Below are positions 29,537 to 40,016 of a stretch of DNA of 64,000 nucleotides, one piece after another; the first letter of the stretch is position 1, and each line of letters begins with the position of its first letter. The position numbers and the translations under genes were made by a program. Source of the DNA: an uncultured Planctomycetaceae bacterium (GTDB lineage: Bacteria > Planctomycetota > Planctomycetia > Pirellulales > PALSA-1355); the NCBI GenBank assembly GCA_964598535.1, contig CAZRCI010000015.1:31098-95097 (forward strand), in the 5' to 3' direction. The notes under the pieces are model-generated. The model had not been told where the DNA came from. It saw nothing but the letters and a program-made list of their open reading frames with translations, and did no database searches.

Positions 29537-30103
29537 ATGTTCGGAGCTTCCGCACTGGCAATTGGCGTGGCCGTCGTGGTCTTGTTGCTGATCGCCATTT
29601 ACTTCGTCTCCATCTACAACAACCTGGTGCGGCAACGCAACGAGACCCGTAATGCCTGGTCGCAAATCGATGTGCAACTCCGTCGCCGGCACGATCTGAT
29701 TCCAAACCTTGTCGAATCGGTAAAAGGCTATGCGACGCATGAAAAATCGACCCTCGACGCGGTGATCCAAGCCCGCAATCAGGCTCTCGCGGCGAAAGGC
29801 CCCGCGGCCAGCGGCGAAGCTGAAGGGCTGCTGGGCGCCGCGCTGGGCAAGCTATTCGCGCTGGCCGAGGCTTATCCCGATCTCAAGGCCAACCAGAACT
29901 TTCTCGCCTTGCAGGAAGAATTGGCCAGTACGGAAAACAAGATCGGCTTCGCGCGCCAGTATTACAATGACGCGGCCACGCGGTACAACAATGCTCGCGA
30001 GGTGTTTCCCGCGAATCTTATCAGCGGTGGCTTCGAACCGGCCGAACTTTTTGAAATTACCGTCGCCGCGCAGCGCGAAGCGCCTCAGGTAAAGCTGAGC
30101 TGA
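29537..30103 (+). CDS. lemA: LemA-family protein
   Basis: N-terminal TM helix then YNNLVRQRNETRNAWSQIDVQLRRRHDLIPNLVESVKGYATHE, the LemA signature. Confidence 0.9.
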   Translation: MFGASALAIGVAVVVLLLIAIYFVSIYNNLVRQRNETRNAWSQIDVQLRRRHDLIPNLVESVKGYATHEKSTLDAVIQARNQALAAKGPAASGEAEGLLGAALGKLFALAEAYPDLKANQNFLALQEELASTENKIGFARQYYNDAATRYNNAREVFPANLISGGFEPAELFEITVAAQREAPQVKLS

Positions 30104-30144
30104 GCGGCACATAGAGCCTGAATGGGACGAATGGATAGCCTGCC

Positions 30145-31380
30145 GTGCTTGAGCAGATCGAAAGCAATCGCCGCCGGAGCGCTCTGATCGTCGCGGGGAT
30201 GGGCGTACTACTCGTAGCCGTCGGCCTTGCGCTGGGGATGTTCCTGACAAACGACGAAGGTGGCGCCATTCTCGGCGGTACCGCGGCCCTCGGGTTGTGG
30301 GCGGCAATGTGGTTGTTCGCTCGATTCCAGGGCGACAATGCATTGTTGCAAATGGCCGGCGCCCGTGAGATCCAAAAGCACGATCACCCGCAACTTTTCA
30401 ATATCGTTGAAGAGATGGCAATCGCCGCCGGTCTGCCGCGTCCGCCGCGGGTGTTCATCGTCGACGATCCTGCGCCGAACGCCTTTGCCGTGGGGCGCGA
30501 TCCAACCAAAGCGGCGGTGGCCGTCACGATTGGGCTGATGCAGCTCCTGAGCCGCGACGAGTTGCAAGGCGTTGTCGCGCACGAAATCGCGCACATCAAG
30601 AATCGCGACGTCGCCCTGATGACGACGGCCGGCATCATGTTGGGGGCGATCGTGCTCCTGGCGGACATTGGCACGCGAGCCATGTGGTGGGGTGGTGGAG
30701 CGCGGCGTTCGCGCGATGACAACAATCAAGGCGGCGGCCAGGCAATTCTGGCCTTGGTGGCGATCGTCCTGCTGGTCCTCTCCCCCATTCTCGCACAACT
30801 CATTTACTTCGCGCTCTCTCGGCGGCGCGAGTATCTGGCCGACGCTTCTGGCGCGGTATTCACACGCTGGCCCGAGGGACTGGCCTCGGCACTCGAAAAG
30901 CTTAGTGCTTCGTACGTGCCCCAGGCGGATCAAAGTCGAGTCACAGCGCCCATGTATATCGTACAACCTCTGGCGCCGGGTGGCCGTCGCGGCCTGACGA
31001 GCGCATTCAATACGCATCCACCGCTCGACGAACGGATTCGCATCTTGCGCGCCATGGGCAAGTCGGCCGACTTTGCATCTTACGATCAAGCCTATCAGCA
31101 AGTTGCCGGCGGCCATGTGATCGGACGGCGCACGCTGGCCGGGTCGCATTCTGCCGCGGCTTACGTTCCGCCGCCCGTGATGGCCGAGGTAGTTCCGGCG
31201 GATGCAACGGCACGGCTTCGCGAAGCGTCGGATGCCTATCTGTCCGGAGCCGGGTACGTTCGGCTGCGATGCTCCACCTGCCAGGCACTTTTGAAAATTC
31301 CGCCCGCGAGGCAAGGTCGCTTAAACCACTGCCCGCGCTGCGGCGGGTCGCTGCCGGCCTCGCATCGCGAAGCCGGCTAA
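30145..31380 (+). CDS. M48-family (HtpX-like) zinc metalloprotease with C-terminal zinc ribbon
   Basis: HEIAHIKNRD (HExxH), four TM helices, and C-terminal CSTCQALLKIP...CPRCGGSL. Confidence 0.85.
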   Translation: MLEQIESNRRRSALIVAGMGVLLVAVGLALGMFLTNDEGGAILGGTAALGLWAAMWLFARFQGDNALLQMAGAREIQKHDHPQLFNIVEEMAIAAGLPRPPRVFIVDDPAPNAFAVGRDPTKAAVAVTIGLMQLLSRDELQGVVAHEIAHIKNRDVALMTTAGIMLGAIVLLADIGTRAMWWGGGARRSRDDNNQGGGQAILALVAIVLLVLSPILAQLIYFALSRRREYLADASGAVFTRWPEGLASALEKLSASYVPQADQSRVTAPMYIVQPLAPGGRRGLTSAFNTHPPLDERIRILRAMGKSADFASYDQAYQQVAGGHVIGRRTLAGSHSAAAYVPPPVMAEVVPADATARLREASDAYLSGAGYVRLRCSTCQALLKIPPARQGRLNHCPRCGGSLPASHREAG

Positions 31381-31659
31381 TTGCACCTGCTCCGCCCTCA
31401 GAGAGAACGCGGCAGCGTCTGACGAGTTCGTCTCGATCGGTTCGCCTTTTAGACAAACTATTTCGACGAGTGGGCGTAAGCCGTTCGCCAATCGTCACAA
31501 CCGGCATCACCAGCCACTCGTAGATGGGCCGCTCCCCGCTCGGCATTGCACCCACTTGCGGCAATTGGTCGAACGTCATAAGTAGCACGTCGCCCGATCG
31601 CCGTGAGGGCCTGCGCTCTGAACGATCGGTGGCACCCAACACTTATCAGGAATGCGACA

Positions 31660-32067
31660 ATGACGCGGCAGATGTGGCATGAAATCGCATTTGCGATCGG
31701 AGTTGCGATGGTCTGTAGCGTTGAAGCGCGCGCGATTGAAACGACCTACGGTGAAGACCCTGTGCCGAACTCACGGTGTTACGATGGCTTTCTCGACCTG
31801 GGTTATGGCATTGATCCGATTCCAGCCAAGTCACTGTCGGTCCGCTGGCAGGAGTGGCGAGCCAGCCACGGCCTGCCGCCGACGACCGGCCTATTCAAAC
31901 GGCAGGTCGGACAAAGCCGATTTCAAAATTCCCCACGAACGGCGGAACCCTTGCCGCCGGTCATCTCCACGCCAGACGCTTCGCTGCCATACGAACCTCG
32001 AAGTTCGTTTCGTTCTGGCACTGGCCCCCTGAAACCGGTGCAAGCCACGTCGCAACGACGACGCTAG
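31660..32067 (+). CDS. Hypothetical secreted protein
   Basis: ATG 31660 gives MTRQMWHEIAFAIGVAMVCSVEARA (signal-like). There are no recognisable motifs and the coding call is weak. Confidence 0.35.
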   Translation: MTRQMWHEIAFAIGVAMVCSVEARAIETTYGEDPVPNSRCYDGFLDLGYGIDPIPAKSLSVRWQEWRASHGLPPTTGLFKRQVGQSRFQNSPRTAEPLPPVISTPDASLPYEPRSSFRSGTGPLKPVQATSQRRR

Positions 32068-32274
32068 CAATCGCGTGGCGAAATTGGTCGGGCAGACGGC
32101 TCATTTTCCAACGAAGGTCGTGGCTTGTCACCACGCGACGGCTGCCGCGTTTTAAAGATCCCGGCGTGGTTTGGCGCGTCGGATGGCCCCACATCCGGAT
32201 TGTTGGATTGCATGTTCTCTGGCCCTGCTGACGCGTAGAATTAGCGAGCACCACCCTCTCGCGAGTCGAACGCC

Positions 32275-35200
32275 GTGGCCACCTTAGTCAAGTCGCTTAG
32301 CCAAAGCCAACTCGCCCGCATCGAACGCCGGACCCAACAACTTGGACGGCAGTTGTTCGCACGTTCGCGCGCCGACCAGCCCTCGATACTTGATCGCCGT
32401 TGGTGGGACGACCGCATCATGTCCTGGGCGATGCAGGACGAGTCGGTCAAAGTGCAGATGTTTCGCTTCATCGACGTGCTGCCCATGCTTGCCTCGGGCG
32501 ATGACGTTACTCGCCATCTGCACGAATATTTCTACGAGGTTCGGCAGTATCTGCCTTCGGCCGTTCGACTGGGGCTCGCTGTCGCGCAGCCCGGGACGAT
32601 CGCCGGTCGCGCCTTGGCGATGGCCGCGCGACGCAATGCGTTGAGTCACGCCCGGCGGTTCATCGCTGGAACGAACGAAACCGAGGTCCTTGCCGCGGCC
32701 AAACGAGAGCGCCGTAGCGGACGTGCATTTACGCTCGATGTACTGGGAGAAGCCGTGACCAGCGAGCGCGAAGCCGAGAGCTACCTTCGGACCTACCTGG
32801 AACTGATTCGCGGGATCGCTCCGATCGTCAACGCCTGGCCCGAAATTCCGTCGATCGATCGCGCCGCGGGCCGCGAGCTTCCCCGAGTCAACGTATCGGT
32901 CAAGCTCTCCGCGCTCGACAGCCAGTTCGACCCCATCGATCCGTCTGGTTCGGCCAGCCGTGCCGGGGCGCGGTTACGCACGCTACTGAGAACCGCTCGC
33001 GAAGCGCGCGCCTTTGTCAACGTTGACATGGAGTCGTATAAGACCAAAGACCTCACGCTTTCGATCTTCCAGCAAATCTTACTGGAAGATGAGTTTCGCG
33101 AGACGAGCGACGTTGGCATTGTTATTCAGTGCTACCTAAAAGACTCGCGCCAGGATCTGATCGCGCTGGCCGATTGGGCACGCCTGCGCGGCGCTCCCAT
33201 TTGGGTCCGACTGGTGAAGGGCGCCTATTGGGACTACGAAACGGTCTCTGCCATCGCTGCCGGCTGGCCGGTGCCGGTGTTTGAACGCAAGTGGGAAACG
33301 GACGCCAACTACGAAGCGCTTACCCGCGAGTCGCTCTTGCGCCGCGACTGCCTGCATACGGCGCTCGGCAGCCATAATCTGCGGTCGCTGGCTCATGGAA
33401 TTGCGGTGGCCGAGGAGCTGGGAGTGGGCAGCGAAGCCCTCGAACTTCAGATGCTCTACGGAATGGCCGACGCTCAGCAACAAGCCTTCGTCGAAGCGGG
33501 GCAGCGACTGCGAATCTATATGCCTTACGGCGAACTAATTCCGGGAATGGCGTATCTCGTGCGGCGGCTGCTGGAAAACACCTCAAACGAATCCTTCCTG
33601 CGGGCGAGTTTCTCGGAAGACATCTCGGCGGAGACCCTGCTGATGAATCCCCTCGACAAGACACGCTCTGGCGGTTCCTTCGACGGCGAGCAAGCGTCTT
33701 CTGGGCGTCCCCAGACGGCAAGTTCCTTTGCGCCGGTCTACCAGAACGAGCCGCTCGCCGATTTTAGTCTGTCCGAAGCGCGCGACGCGATGCAATCGGC
33801 AATCGCCGAAGTCGAGTCGCAACTTGGCGGAGAGTTTCCGTTGGTGATCGATCACGAACGAATCTACACCGGCCGGTGGATCGAATCTGTTTGCCCAGCC
33901 CACAAGCGCCTGGTAGCAGGTCGCGCGGCCGCCGCTGGCCCCCATGAAGCCGAGGCCGCGGTGCGCGCGGCGGCGCGAGCCTTGCCGGAGTGGTCCGCCA
34001 GCGGCCCGGAAACGCGAGCGGCCCGCCTCCGCGCCGTGGCCAAGATCATGCGCCGGCGCCGCTTCGAGCTCGCGGCCTGGCAAGTATTCGAATGCGCCAA
34101 GCCGTGGCGCGAAGCGGACGCGGATGTCTGCGAAGCAATCGACTTCTGCGAATACTACGCGGCAAGCGCGATCGAACTTCAGTCGCCCCGAGGCGCGGAT
34201 GTTCCCGGCGAGGAAAATCGGTTCGAGTATCTGCCACGCGGTGTCACGGCCGTGATTGCTCCGTGGAACTTTCCCCTCGCAATCCTCACGGGTATGACAA
34301 CTGCGGCGCTCGCGACCGGAAACACCGTGGTCATGAAACCGGCCGAATCGTCGAGCGTGATGGCCGCCAAGCTGATGGAGATGTTCCTCGAAGCCGAACT
34401 GCCGCCGGGCACGGTCAACTATCTGCCGGGGCAAGGCGAAGAGATCGGCCCCGTCCTGGTGGACCATCCGCTCGTGGCAACGATCGCGTTCACCGGCTCT
34501 CGCGGCGTGGGGCTGGCAATCAACGCGCGGGCCGCCGCGGTCTCGGCCACCGGCAAGCTCAAGCTCGTAAAACACGTGATCGCCGAGATGGGAGGCAAGA
34601 ACGCCATCATTGTCGATGTGGACGCCGATCTCGATGAAGCCGTGCTCGGGGTCATGAAAAGCGCCTTTGGCTACCAGGGGCAAAAATGCTCCGCTTGTTC
34701 GCGAGTCATCGTGCTCGACGCGGTCTACGACACGTTTGTCCAGCGGCTGATCGAAGCCACGCGCAGCCTGCAGATCGGACCGGCAGAAGATCCGGCGTCG
34801 AGCCTCTCAGCGGTCATCGATGCCGAGGCGTTTGAACGGATCAACCGCTACATTGCCGGGGGACGGAAAACCGCGCGCGAAGCACTCGCCGGCAACGTGG
34901 ATTCGCTCTCAGACGAGGGCTACTACATTGGGCCGCACATCTTCACCGACATTGCGCCCCACGATCCACTCGCCCAGGAAGAGATCTTCGGACCGGTGCT
35001 CGCGGTGCTAAGGGCAGCCGACCTGGACGAAGCGATTCGGATCTTCAACGGCACCGACTACGCGCTCACGGGCGGCATGTTCTCGCGCAGTCCGGAACAC
35101 TTCGCTCGCGCCCGGCGCGAGCTGATCGCCGGCAACCTCTACCTGAATCGTGGAATCACGGGGGCTCTCGTCGGTCGACAACCGTTTGGTGGTTTCCGTC

Positions 35201-35316
35201 TATCAGGCATCGGCACCAAAGCCGGTGGTCCGGACTATCTGCTGCAATTCGTTGTCCCCAGGACGATCACCGAAAACACGATGCGCCGCGGTTTCGCGCC
35301 TCAATCAAGCGAGTGA
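32275..35316 (+). CDS. putA: Bifunctional proline dehydrogenase / L-glutamate gamma-semialdehyde dehydrogenase
   Basis: The N-terminal half has PRODH barrel motifs (QCYLKDS, VRLVKGAYWDYE). The C-terminal half has ALDH motifs (FTGSRGVG, EMGGKNAIIVD, catalytic GYQGQKCSACSR). Confidence 0.9.
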   Translation: MATLVKSLSQSQLARIERRTQQLGRQLFARSRADQPSILDRRWWDDRIMSWAMQDESVKVQMFRFIDVLPMLASGDDVTRHLHEYFYEVRQYLPSAVRLGLAVAQPGTIAGRALAMAARRNALSHARRFIAGTNETEVLAAAKRERRSGRAFTLDVLGEAVTSEREAESYLRTYLELIRGIAPIVNAWPEIPSIDRAAGRELPRVNVSVKLSALDSQFDPIDPSGSASRAGARLRTLLRTAREARAFVNVDMESYKTKDLTLSIFQQILLEDEFRETSDVGIVIQCYLKDSRQDLIALADWARLRGAPIWVRLVKGAYWDYETVSAIAAGWPVPVFERKWETDANYEALTRESLLRRDCLHTALGSHNLRSLAHGIAVAEELGVGSEALELQMLYGMADAQQQAFVEAGQRLRIYMPYGELIPGMAYLVRRLLENTSNESFLRASFSEDISAETLLMNPLDKTRSGGSFDGEQASSGRPQTASSFAPVYQNEPLADFSLSEARDAMQSAIAEVESQLGGEFPLVIDHERIYTGRWIESVCPAHKRLVAGRAAAAGPHEAEAAVRAAARALPEWSASGPETRAARLRAVAKIMRRRRFELAAWQVFECAKPWREADADVCEAIDFCEYYAASAIELQSPRGADVPGEENRFEYLPRGVTAVIAPWNFPLAILTGMTTAALATGNTVVMKPAESSSVMAAKLMEMFLEAELPPGTVNYLPGQGEEIGPVLVDHPLVATIAFTGSRGVGLAINARAAAVSATGKLKLVKHVIAEMGGKNAIIVDVDADLDEAVLGVMKSAFGYQGQKCSACSRVIVLDAVYDTFVQRLIEATRSLQIGPAEDPASSLSAVIDAEAFERINRYIAGGRKTAREALAGNVDSLSDEGYYIGPHIFTDIAPHDPLAQEEIFGPVLAVLRAADLDEAIRIFNGTDYALTGGMFSRSPEHFARARRELIAGNLYLNRGITGALVGRQPFGGFRLSGIGTKAGGPDYLLQFVVPRTITENTMRRGFAPQSSE

Positions 35317-35389
35317 GCCACGACGGGAACCCTGGTATTGCTGACGTACCCGAACCGGCCCCGAGTGGATCGTTCAAGCGATCCGGCGA

Positions 35390-36139
35390 ATGAGAGTGGC
35401 AACGTCCGGACAGTTCTTCGCAACCTTTGAGAGCACTAAATTAAATATGGATCGCCAGAAGATTCGTTGGAGGCCGGTCGTTCGAAGCCGTGCCGCGTGG
35501 TCCACATTCGCTGTCGCGGCCGTGTTGGCCTGCCTGGCGCTGCTGCGGTGGCGGCAAAACTCGTGGGGAGCGACGATTTGGCTCGTATCGTTCCTCATGA
35601 TGCTCGCCGTCCGCACACCGCACTCGATTCGCAATCGACAAAATGTCATCGTGGCGGCGCGCAGAGATCTCGCCGAAAAGCTTCTGCTGGGGACCATGTT
35701 CTTGACGATGATGGTGCTCCCGCTGCTCAGGGTCGGAACTGGCATGCTCAACTGGGCGGACTATCCGCTATCCGACACTCTGACGGCGATCGCGGCAGCC
35801 CTCCAACTTCCAGCCTTGTATATGTTCTGGCGTGCTCATGCGGACCTGGGGCGCAACTGGAGTCCCGGGCTCGAGGTTCGCGAAGACCACGGGCTGGTAT
35901 GTCGCGGAGTATATGCCCGGATTCGCCACCCGATGTATGCGGCGATCTGGCTCTTCGTGCTCACGCAGCCACTACTGATTCACAATTGGCTCGCGGGCGT
36001 ACTCGTCATTCCCGCGTTTGCCACGATGTGGATCTTGCGCGTGCCGCGCGAGGAAGCGATGATGCGGCAGGCGTTCGGCGCGGCGTATGATGAATATTGC
36101 CGTCGCACGGGGCGATTGCTGCCGAAGTTCGGACACTGA
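35390..36139 (+). CDS. ICMT/PEMT-family membrane methyltransferase
   Basis: Multi-TM protein with GVYARIRHPMYAAIWLFVL (RHPMY motif). Alternative start at ATG 35447. Confidence 0.75.
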   Translation: MRVATSGQFFATFESTKLNMDRQKIRWRPVVRSRAAWSTFAVAAVLACLALLRWRQNSWGATIWLVSFLMMLAVRTPHSIRNRQNVIVAARRDLAEKLLLGTMFLTMMVLPLLRVGTGMLNWADYPLSDTLTAIAAALQLPALYMFWRAHADLGRNWSPGLEVREDHGLVCRGVYARIRHPMYAAIWLFVLTQPLLIHNWLAGVLVIPAFATMWILRVPREEAMMRQAFGAAYDEYCRRTGRLLPKFGH

Positions 36140-36196
36140 CTGGCTGGCATGCTCTGCTGAACAGGAGCCGTCGTGACCTTTTTCAAGAGCCACTCG

Positions 36197-37615
36197 CTAG
36201 AACAGCCCGGCGAGCGGCGTGCCCTCGGCCAGCAGGCTGTAAGGGCGTCCTTCGCGGTCGGTCGCATCGAGATCGTGAATTCCCATGGCATGATAGACCG
36301 TCTTCGTCACATGGGCGGGCGTAACCGGCTTCTCAGCCGGGTACTCGCCGCGCCGATCGCTCGAGCCATAGACCTGCCCGCCGCGAATGCCGCCACCCGC
36401 CAGAATGTCGGTAAGGCAATGCGTCCAGTGATCTCGGCCGGAGCCTCCTTGGCCGCCAGATCGCGGATCGCCAATCTTGGGAGTGCGTCCCATCTCGCTG
36501 GTGACCAGGAGCAGCGTCTGGTCGAGCAAGTCGCGGTTGGCGAGATCCTCGATCAATGCCGAAAAGGCGCGATCGAACATCGGCAGGAGGTCGTCCTTCA
36601 AACAATTGAAATTGTTGCCGTGCGTGTCCCAACCACCGGCGCTTGCGCACTTATTTGCCAGCCGTTGCTCATCTTCCTTCCAGAAAACGGTGATGAACGG
36701 CACCTCTGCCTCGACGAGCCGCCGTGCGAGCAACAGGCTCATTCCGTTTACGTTTGGACCATATCGTTCGCGCAGCGCCTCGGGTTCTTGCGATACGTCG
36801 AAAGCCGTGGCGGTCGCCGAGGACGACAGTAAGTCGAAAGCACGCTTCTGTTGTTGCGTCCAACTAAGGATGCTCTCGTCGGCTTCAAACTGGCGTCGCG
36901 CGACGTCGATCGCACTCAACAGTTCGCGGCGCGAGCTGACTCGCTGACCACTCATTCCTTGCTGGAGTTCGAGCGCCGGCGCCGAGAACTTGAGCGGCTG
37001 GTCGAGGCTTCCTTCGAGATACAACGGATCGTGCTCCACACCCAACCGGGCGGCAAATTGCCCCGGTCGAGTGTAGGGCGCCTTGCTCGGCTTGTGCGGC
37101 AGCGTGATGGCGTTCACTAGCGCCGGATGAGGCGGCCGCTTGGCCGCGACGACCGTGCCCATGAACGGCCAGTCGTCCGCGTACGGCGTGCGATCGTTCC
37201 CGAGCGACAGAAATGTCTGATCGGCCGGATGACCGGTCAGATTGTAATAGTAACCCGCATGATGATCGTTCGTGTTGACTGAAGCTCCAACCGAGCGAAC
37301 CAGCGCCAGGTGGTGCGCCTGCTTGGCCAACAGCGGGAGATGTTCACAAAGTTGAATCTCGGGCGCCGTGGTGCTGATCGGTTGGAACGGCCCGCGATAC
37401 TCGAGCGGCGCGTCTGGCTTCATGTCCCAAGTGTCGATGTGCGACGCCCCGCCACACAAGAAGAACAGAATCGTGCTTTTAGCCTTGCCGCCGCGGCTGG
37501 CGCTGGCCGGCGCCGACGTCACGGCCTGGACCGGTTTGCCAAACCGCATTCCGGCAAAGCCAACGGTCGATGCGACCAGAAACGCACGGCGCGAAGTCGC
37601 GGGAACGTGGTGCAT
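36197..37615 (-). CDS. DUF1501 domain protein (orphan, no adjacent PSD partner)
   Basis: From ATG 37615: MHHVPATSRRAFLVASTVGFAG Tat-like leader, then TSEMGRTPKIG. The 614-aa ORF-track version adds a non-coding-looking N-terminal extension. Confidence 0.85.
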   Translation of the reverse strand: MHHVPATSRRAFLVASTVGFAGMRFGKPVQAVTSAPASASRGGKAKSTILFFLCGGASHIDTWDMKPDAPLEYRGPFQPISTTAPEIQLCEHLPLLAKQAHHLALVRSVGASVNTNDHHAGYYYNLTGHPADQTFLSLGNDRTPYADDWPFMGTVVAAKRPPHPALVNAITLPHKPSKAPYTRPGQFAARLGVEHDPLYLEGSLDQPLKFSAPALELQQGMSGQRVSSRRELLSAIDVARRQFEADESILSWTQQQKRAFDLLSSSATATAFDVSQEPEALRERYGPNVNGMSLLLARRLVEAEVPFITVFWKEDEQRLANKCASAGGWDTHGNNFNCLKDDLLPMFDRAFSALIEDLANRDLLDQTLLLVTSEMGRTPKIGDPRSGGQGGSGRDHWTHCLTDILAGGGIRGGQVYGSSDRRGEYPAEKPVTPAHVTKTVYHAMGIHDLDATDREGRPYSLLAEGTPLAGLF

Positions 37616-37710
37616 ATCGGTTGAGTTTCCCCAAATGGCGAGACCATACAACAGGGCTGGATAACACCGGGAGGCGCGATCGACACACGCGATGGTACCA
37701 ACGGAAGGGG

Positions 37711-37857
37711 TTATTCGCCGCTTTTCTTGGTGGATTTTTTCTTCGGTGCGGTCGCCGCGGCGGCTGCGCGATCCTGAGCCTCCCACATCGTGCGCAGATT
37801 CTTTACGTGCCGCTTCACTTTCCGACGACGATTCTCTCCTGAACGATTTGCGCCCAT
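37711..37857 (-). CDS. Candidate 48-aa highly basic small protein (below ORF-track cutoff)
   Basis: Hand translation: MGANRSGENRRRKVKRHVKNLRTMWEAQDRAAAAATAPKKKSTKKSGE-stop. AGGAG lies about 10 nt upstream of the ATG. It sits 95 nt upstream of the DUF1501 gene on the same strand. Confidence 0.3.
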   Translation of the reverse strand: MGANRSGENRRRKVKRHVKNLRTMWEAQDRAAAAATAPKKKSTKKSGE

Positions 37858-38217
37858 TCGCTGCAAACTCCTGATCCATCTGTAGTTGGTTTAGCCCCGC
37901 ACGCCTTCGTGGCCCACGGTAGCGGCCCTGAGTATAGCGAATTGCCGGCCCGGCACCCCAGGTGGGCCTGCGGATCTGGCAACAGGCCGAACTTTCGCCC
38001 CTCCCGGCGTGTCTCTCAGGCCAGGTGGCCGAACGTGCCAAACCCGGTTCCTCACAGAGATTTAGCTTCGACGGAGGAGCGGCGTTTAGACCCGCATCTC
38101 GGCGGTGAATTGCTTGTCCCCAGGCCGTGGGTGAGGTATCTTAATTTGTTTGCCCTAAATGGGTTCCTGCTGGGGCAGGCCCTCCAAGTCTCGTTAACTT
38201 TCCTTTCTCCGGAGTGA

Positions 38218-39996
38218 TTGATCGTGGCTACTACGACTCCCAAGCGCGCCGCCGCGGCCCTGCAATCAGGTGCCGATATCCTTGTCGAATGCCTTGTGCG
38301 GCACGGCGTCGAGGTCGTATTCGCCTACCCTGGCGGCGCCAGTATGCCGCTTCACCAATCGCTCACGGCGTACAAAGACCGCATTCGCACGATCCTACCC
38401 CGGCATGAGCAAGGCGGCGGCTTCGCGGCCCAGGGCTATGCCCGCACCACGGGCAAGCCCGGCGTGTGCATGGCCACCAGCGGCCCGGGCGCGACGAACC
38501 TTGTCACATGCATTGCCGACGCCAAGCTCGACAGCATCCCTCTGGTCGCAATTACCGGTCAGGTGAAGACGGCCGTCATTGGTTCCGATGCGTTCCAGGA
38601 AACGCCGATCGTCGAAGTCTGCCGCGGTATTACCAAGCATCACTACTTGATTACCGACATCAATGACCTCACGCGCATCATGCGCGAGGCGTTTCATATT
38701 GCCACCACCGGCCGCCCTGGCCCGGTGTTGATCGACATTCCCAAGGACGTGCAGCAGGCTCAGATCATTCCCGACTACGACGCCCCCATGAACCTGCCGG
38801 GGTATCATGCCGAAGACCACAAGGCGCGCCCCGAGCAGATTGCCCAGGTGGCGGCCGCGATTAAGCGCTCCAAGCGTCCCGTGATTTACGCCGGTGGCGG
38901 TGTCGTGATGGGCAACGCCAGCGGCGAGCTCCGCGAACTGGCCAGCAAGACTAAGATTCCCGTCACGATGACACTGATGGGGCTGGGCGCCTTCCCGGGC
39001 GATCACCCGATGTCGCTCGATATGCTCGGCATGCATGGCAGCGTGTACTCGAACTACGCCGTCGACCAGGCCGATCTGCTGTTGGCCTTCGGCGTGCGGT
39101 TCGATGACCGCGTGACGGGCAAGGTCTCTGAATTCGCCAAACACGGCAAGATCGTACACATCGACGTCGATCCGTCGGAGCTGAATAAGAACAAAGAAGC
39201 CCACATCCCGATCATCAGTGACATCAAATACGCGCTGGGCGAACTGAACAAAATCGTCGAAGCGCCCGAGGATCTTTCGGCCTGGCACCAACAAATCGCC
39301 GAGTGGAAGCAAGCTTATCCGTTTGGTCTGGGAGAATGCACGGGCGAAACGATTACCTCGCAGTATGCGATTCACAAACTGTGGGAGCTTACCAAGGATC
39401 GCGATACGATCGTCACCGTAGGCGTGGGACAGCATCAGATGTGGGGCGCCCAGCACTACCGCCTTCGCGAACCGCGTACCTGGTGTTCGAGCTCCGGCCT
39501 GGGCACGATGGGCTTCGGTCTTCCCGCGGCCATGGGCGCCAAGGTCGCGCATCCGGAGAGCCTCGTCGTCGACATCGACGGCGACGGCAGCTTCCAGATG
39601 AATATCCAGGAGCTGGGAACCTGCTTCTGCGAGAAGATTCCCGTCAAGGTGCTGTTGCTCAACAACCAGCACCTGGGCATGGTCGTGCAGTGGGAAGATC
39701 GCTTCCACGAGGGCAATCGGGCGCATACGTACCTCGGCCCGATCGACAATCCGGAGGCCATTGGCCAGGGCTCGCCCGACAAGCCAGCCGCCCGCTTCCC
39801 CGATTTTGTTGCCATCGCCAAAGGCTATGGCGCTGGCGCCCGCTATGTGCGTGAGAAGTCACAGCTCGAGGATGCCCTGCGAGAGATGATCGAGTATCCC
39901 GGCCCGTTCGTGCTCGATGTGGAGGTTCCTTATCAGGAGCATGTGCTCCCGATGATCCCTGCCGGCATGACGGTGAAGGATCTGATTCGGGAGTAA
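38218..39996 (+). CDS. ilvB: Acetolactate synthase (acetohydroxyacid synthase) large subunit
   Basis: [35 protein letters not shown]...DGDGSFQMN thiamine-diphosphate motif. Likely GTG start at 38224 after GGAG. Confidence 0.93.
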   Translation: MIVATTTPKRAAAALQSGADILVECLVRHGVEVVFAYPGGASMPLHQSLTAYKDRIRTILPRHEQGGGFAAQGYARTTGKPGVCMATSGPGATNLVTCIADAKLDSIPLVAITGQVKTAVIGSDAFQETPIVEVCRGITKHHYLITDINDLTRIMREAFHIATTGRPGPVLIDIPKDVQQAQIIPDYDAPMNLPGYHAEDHKARPEQIAQVAAAIKRSKRPVIYAGGGVVMGNASGELRELASKTKIPVTMTLMGLGAFPGDHPMSLDMLGMHGSVYSNYAVDQADLLLAFGVRFDDRVTGKVSEFAKHGKIVHIDVDPSELNKNKEAHIPIISDIKYALGELNKIVEAPEDLSAWHQQIAEWKQAYPFGLGECTGETITSQYAIHKLWELTKDRDTIVTVGVGQHQMWGAQHYRLREPRTWCSSSGLGTMGFGLPAAMGAKVAHPESLVVDIDGDGSFQMNIQELGTCFCEKIPVKVLLLNNQHLGMVVQWEDRFHEGNRAHTYLGPIDNPEAIGQGSPDKPAARFPDFVAIAKGYGAGARYVREKSQLEDALREMIEYPGPFVLDVEVPYQEHVLPMIPAGMTVKDLIRE

Positions 39997-40016
39997 CCCC
40001 CCCCTGTAGCCGCCTG

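Noticed and set aside
36197-38041. 614-aa version of the DUF1501 ORF
   Set aside because: The first 142 codons lack protein-like composition. The Tat-like leader begins at the internal ATG 37615. Another frame in that stretch holds a better small ORF.
38042-38217. Possible leader-peptide attenuator or riboswitch upstream of ilvB
   Set aside because: No branched-chain-rich leader ORF or convincing alternative hairpins were found by eye.
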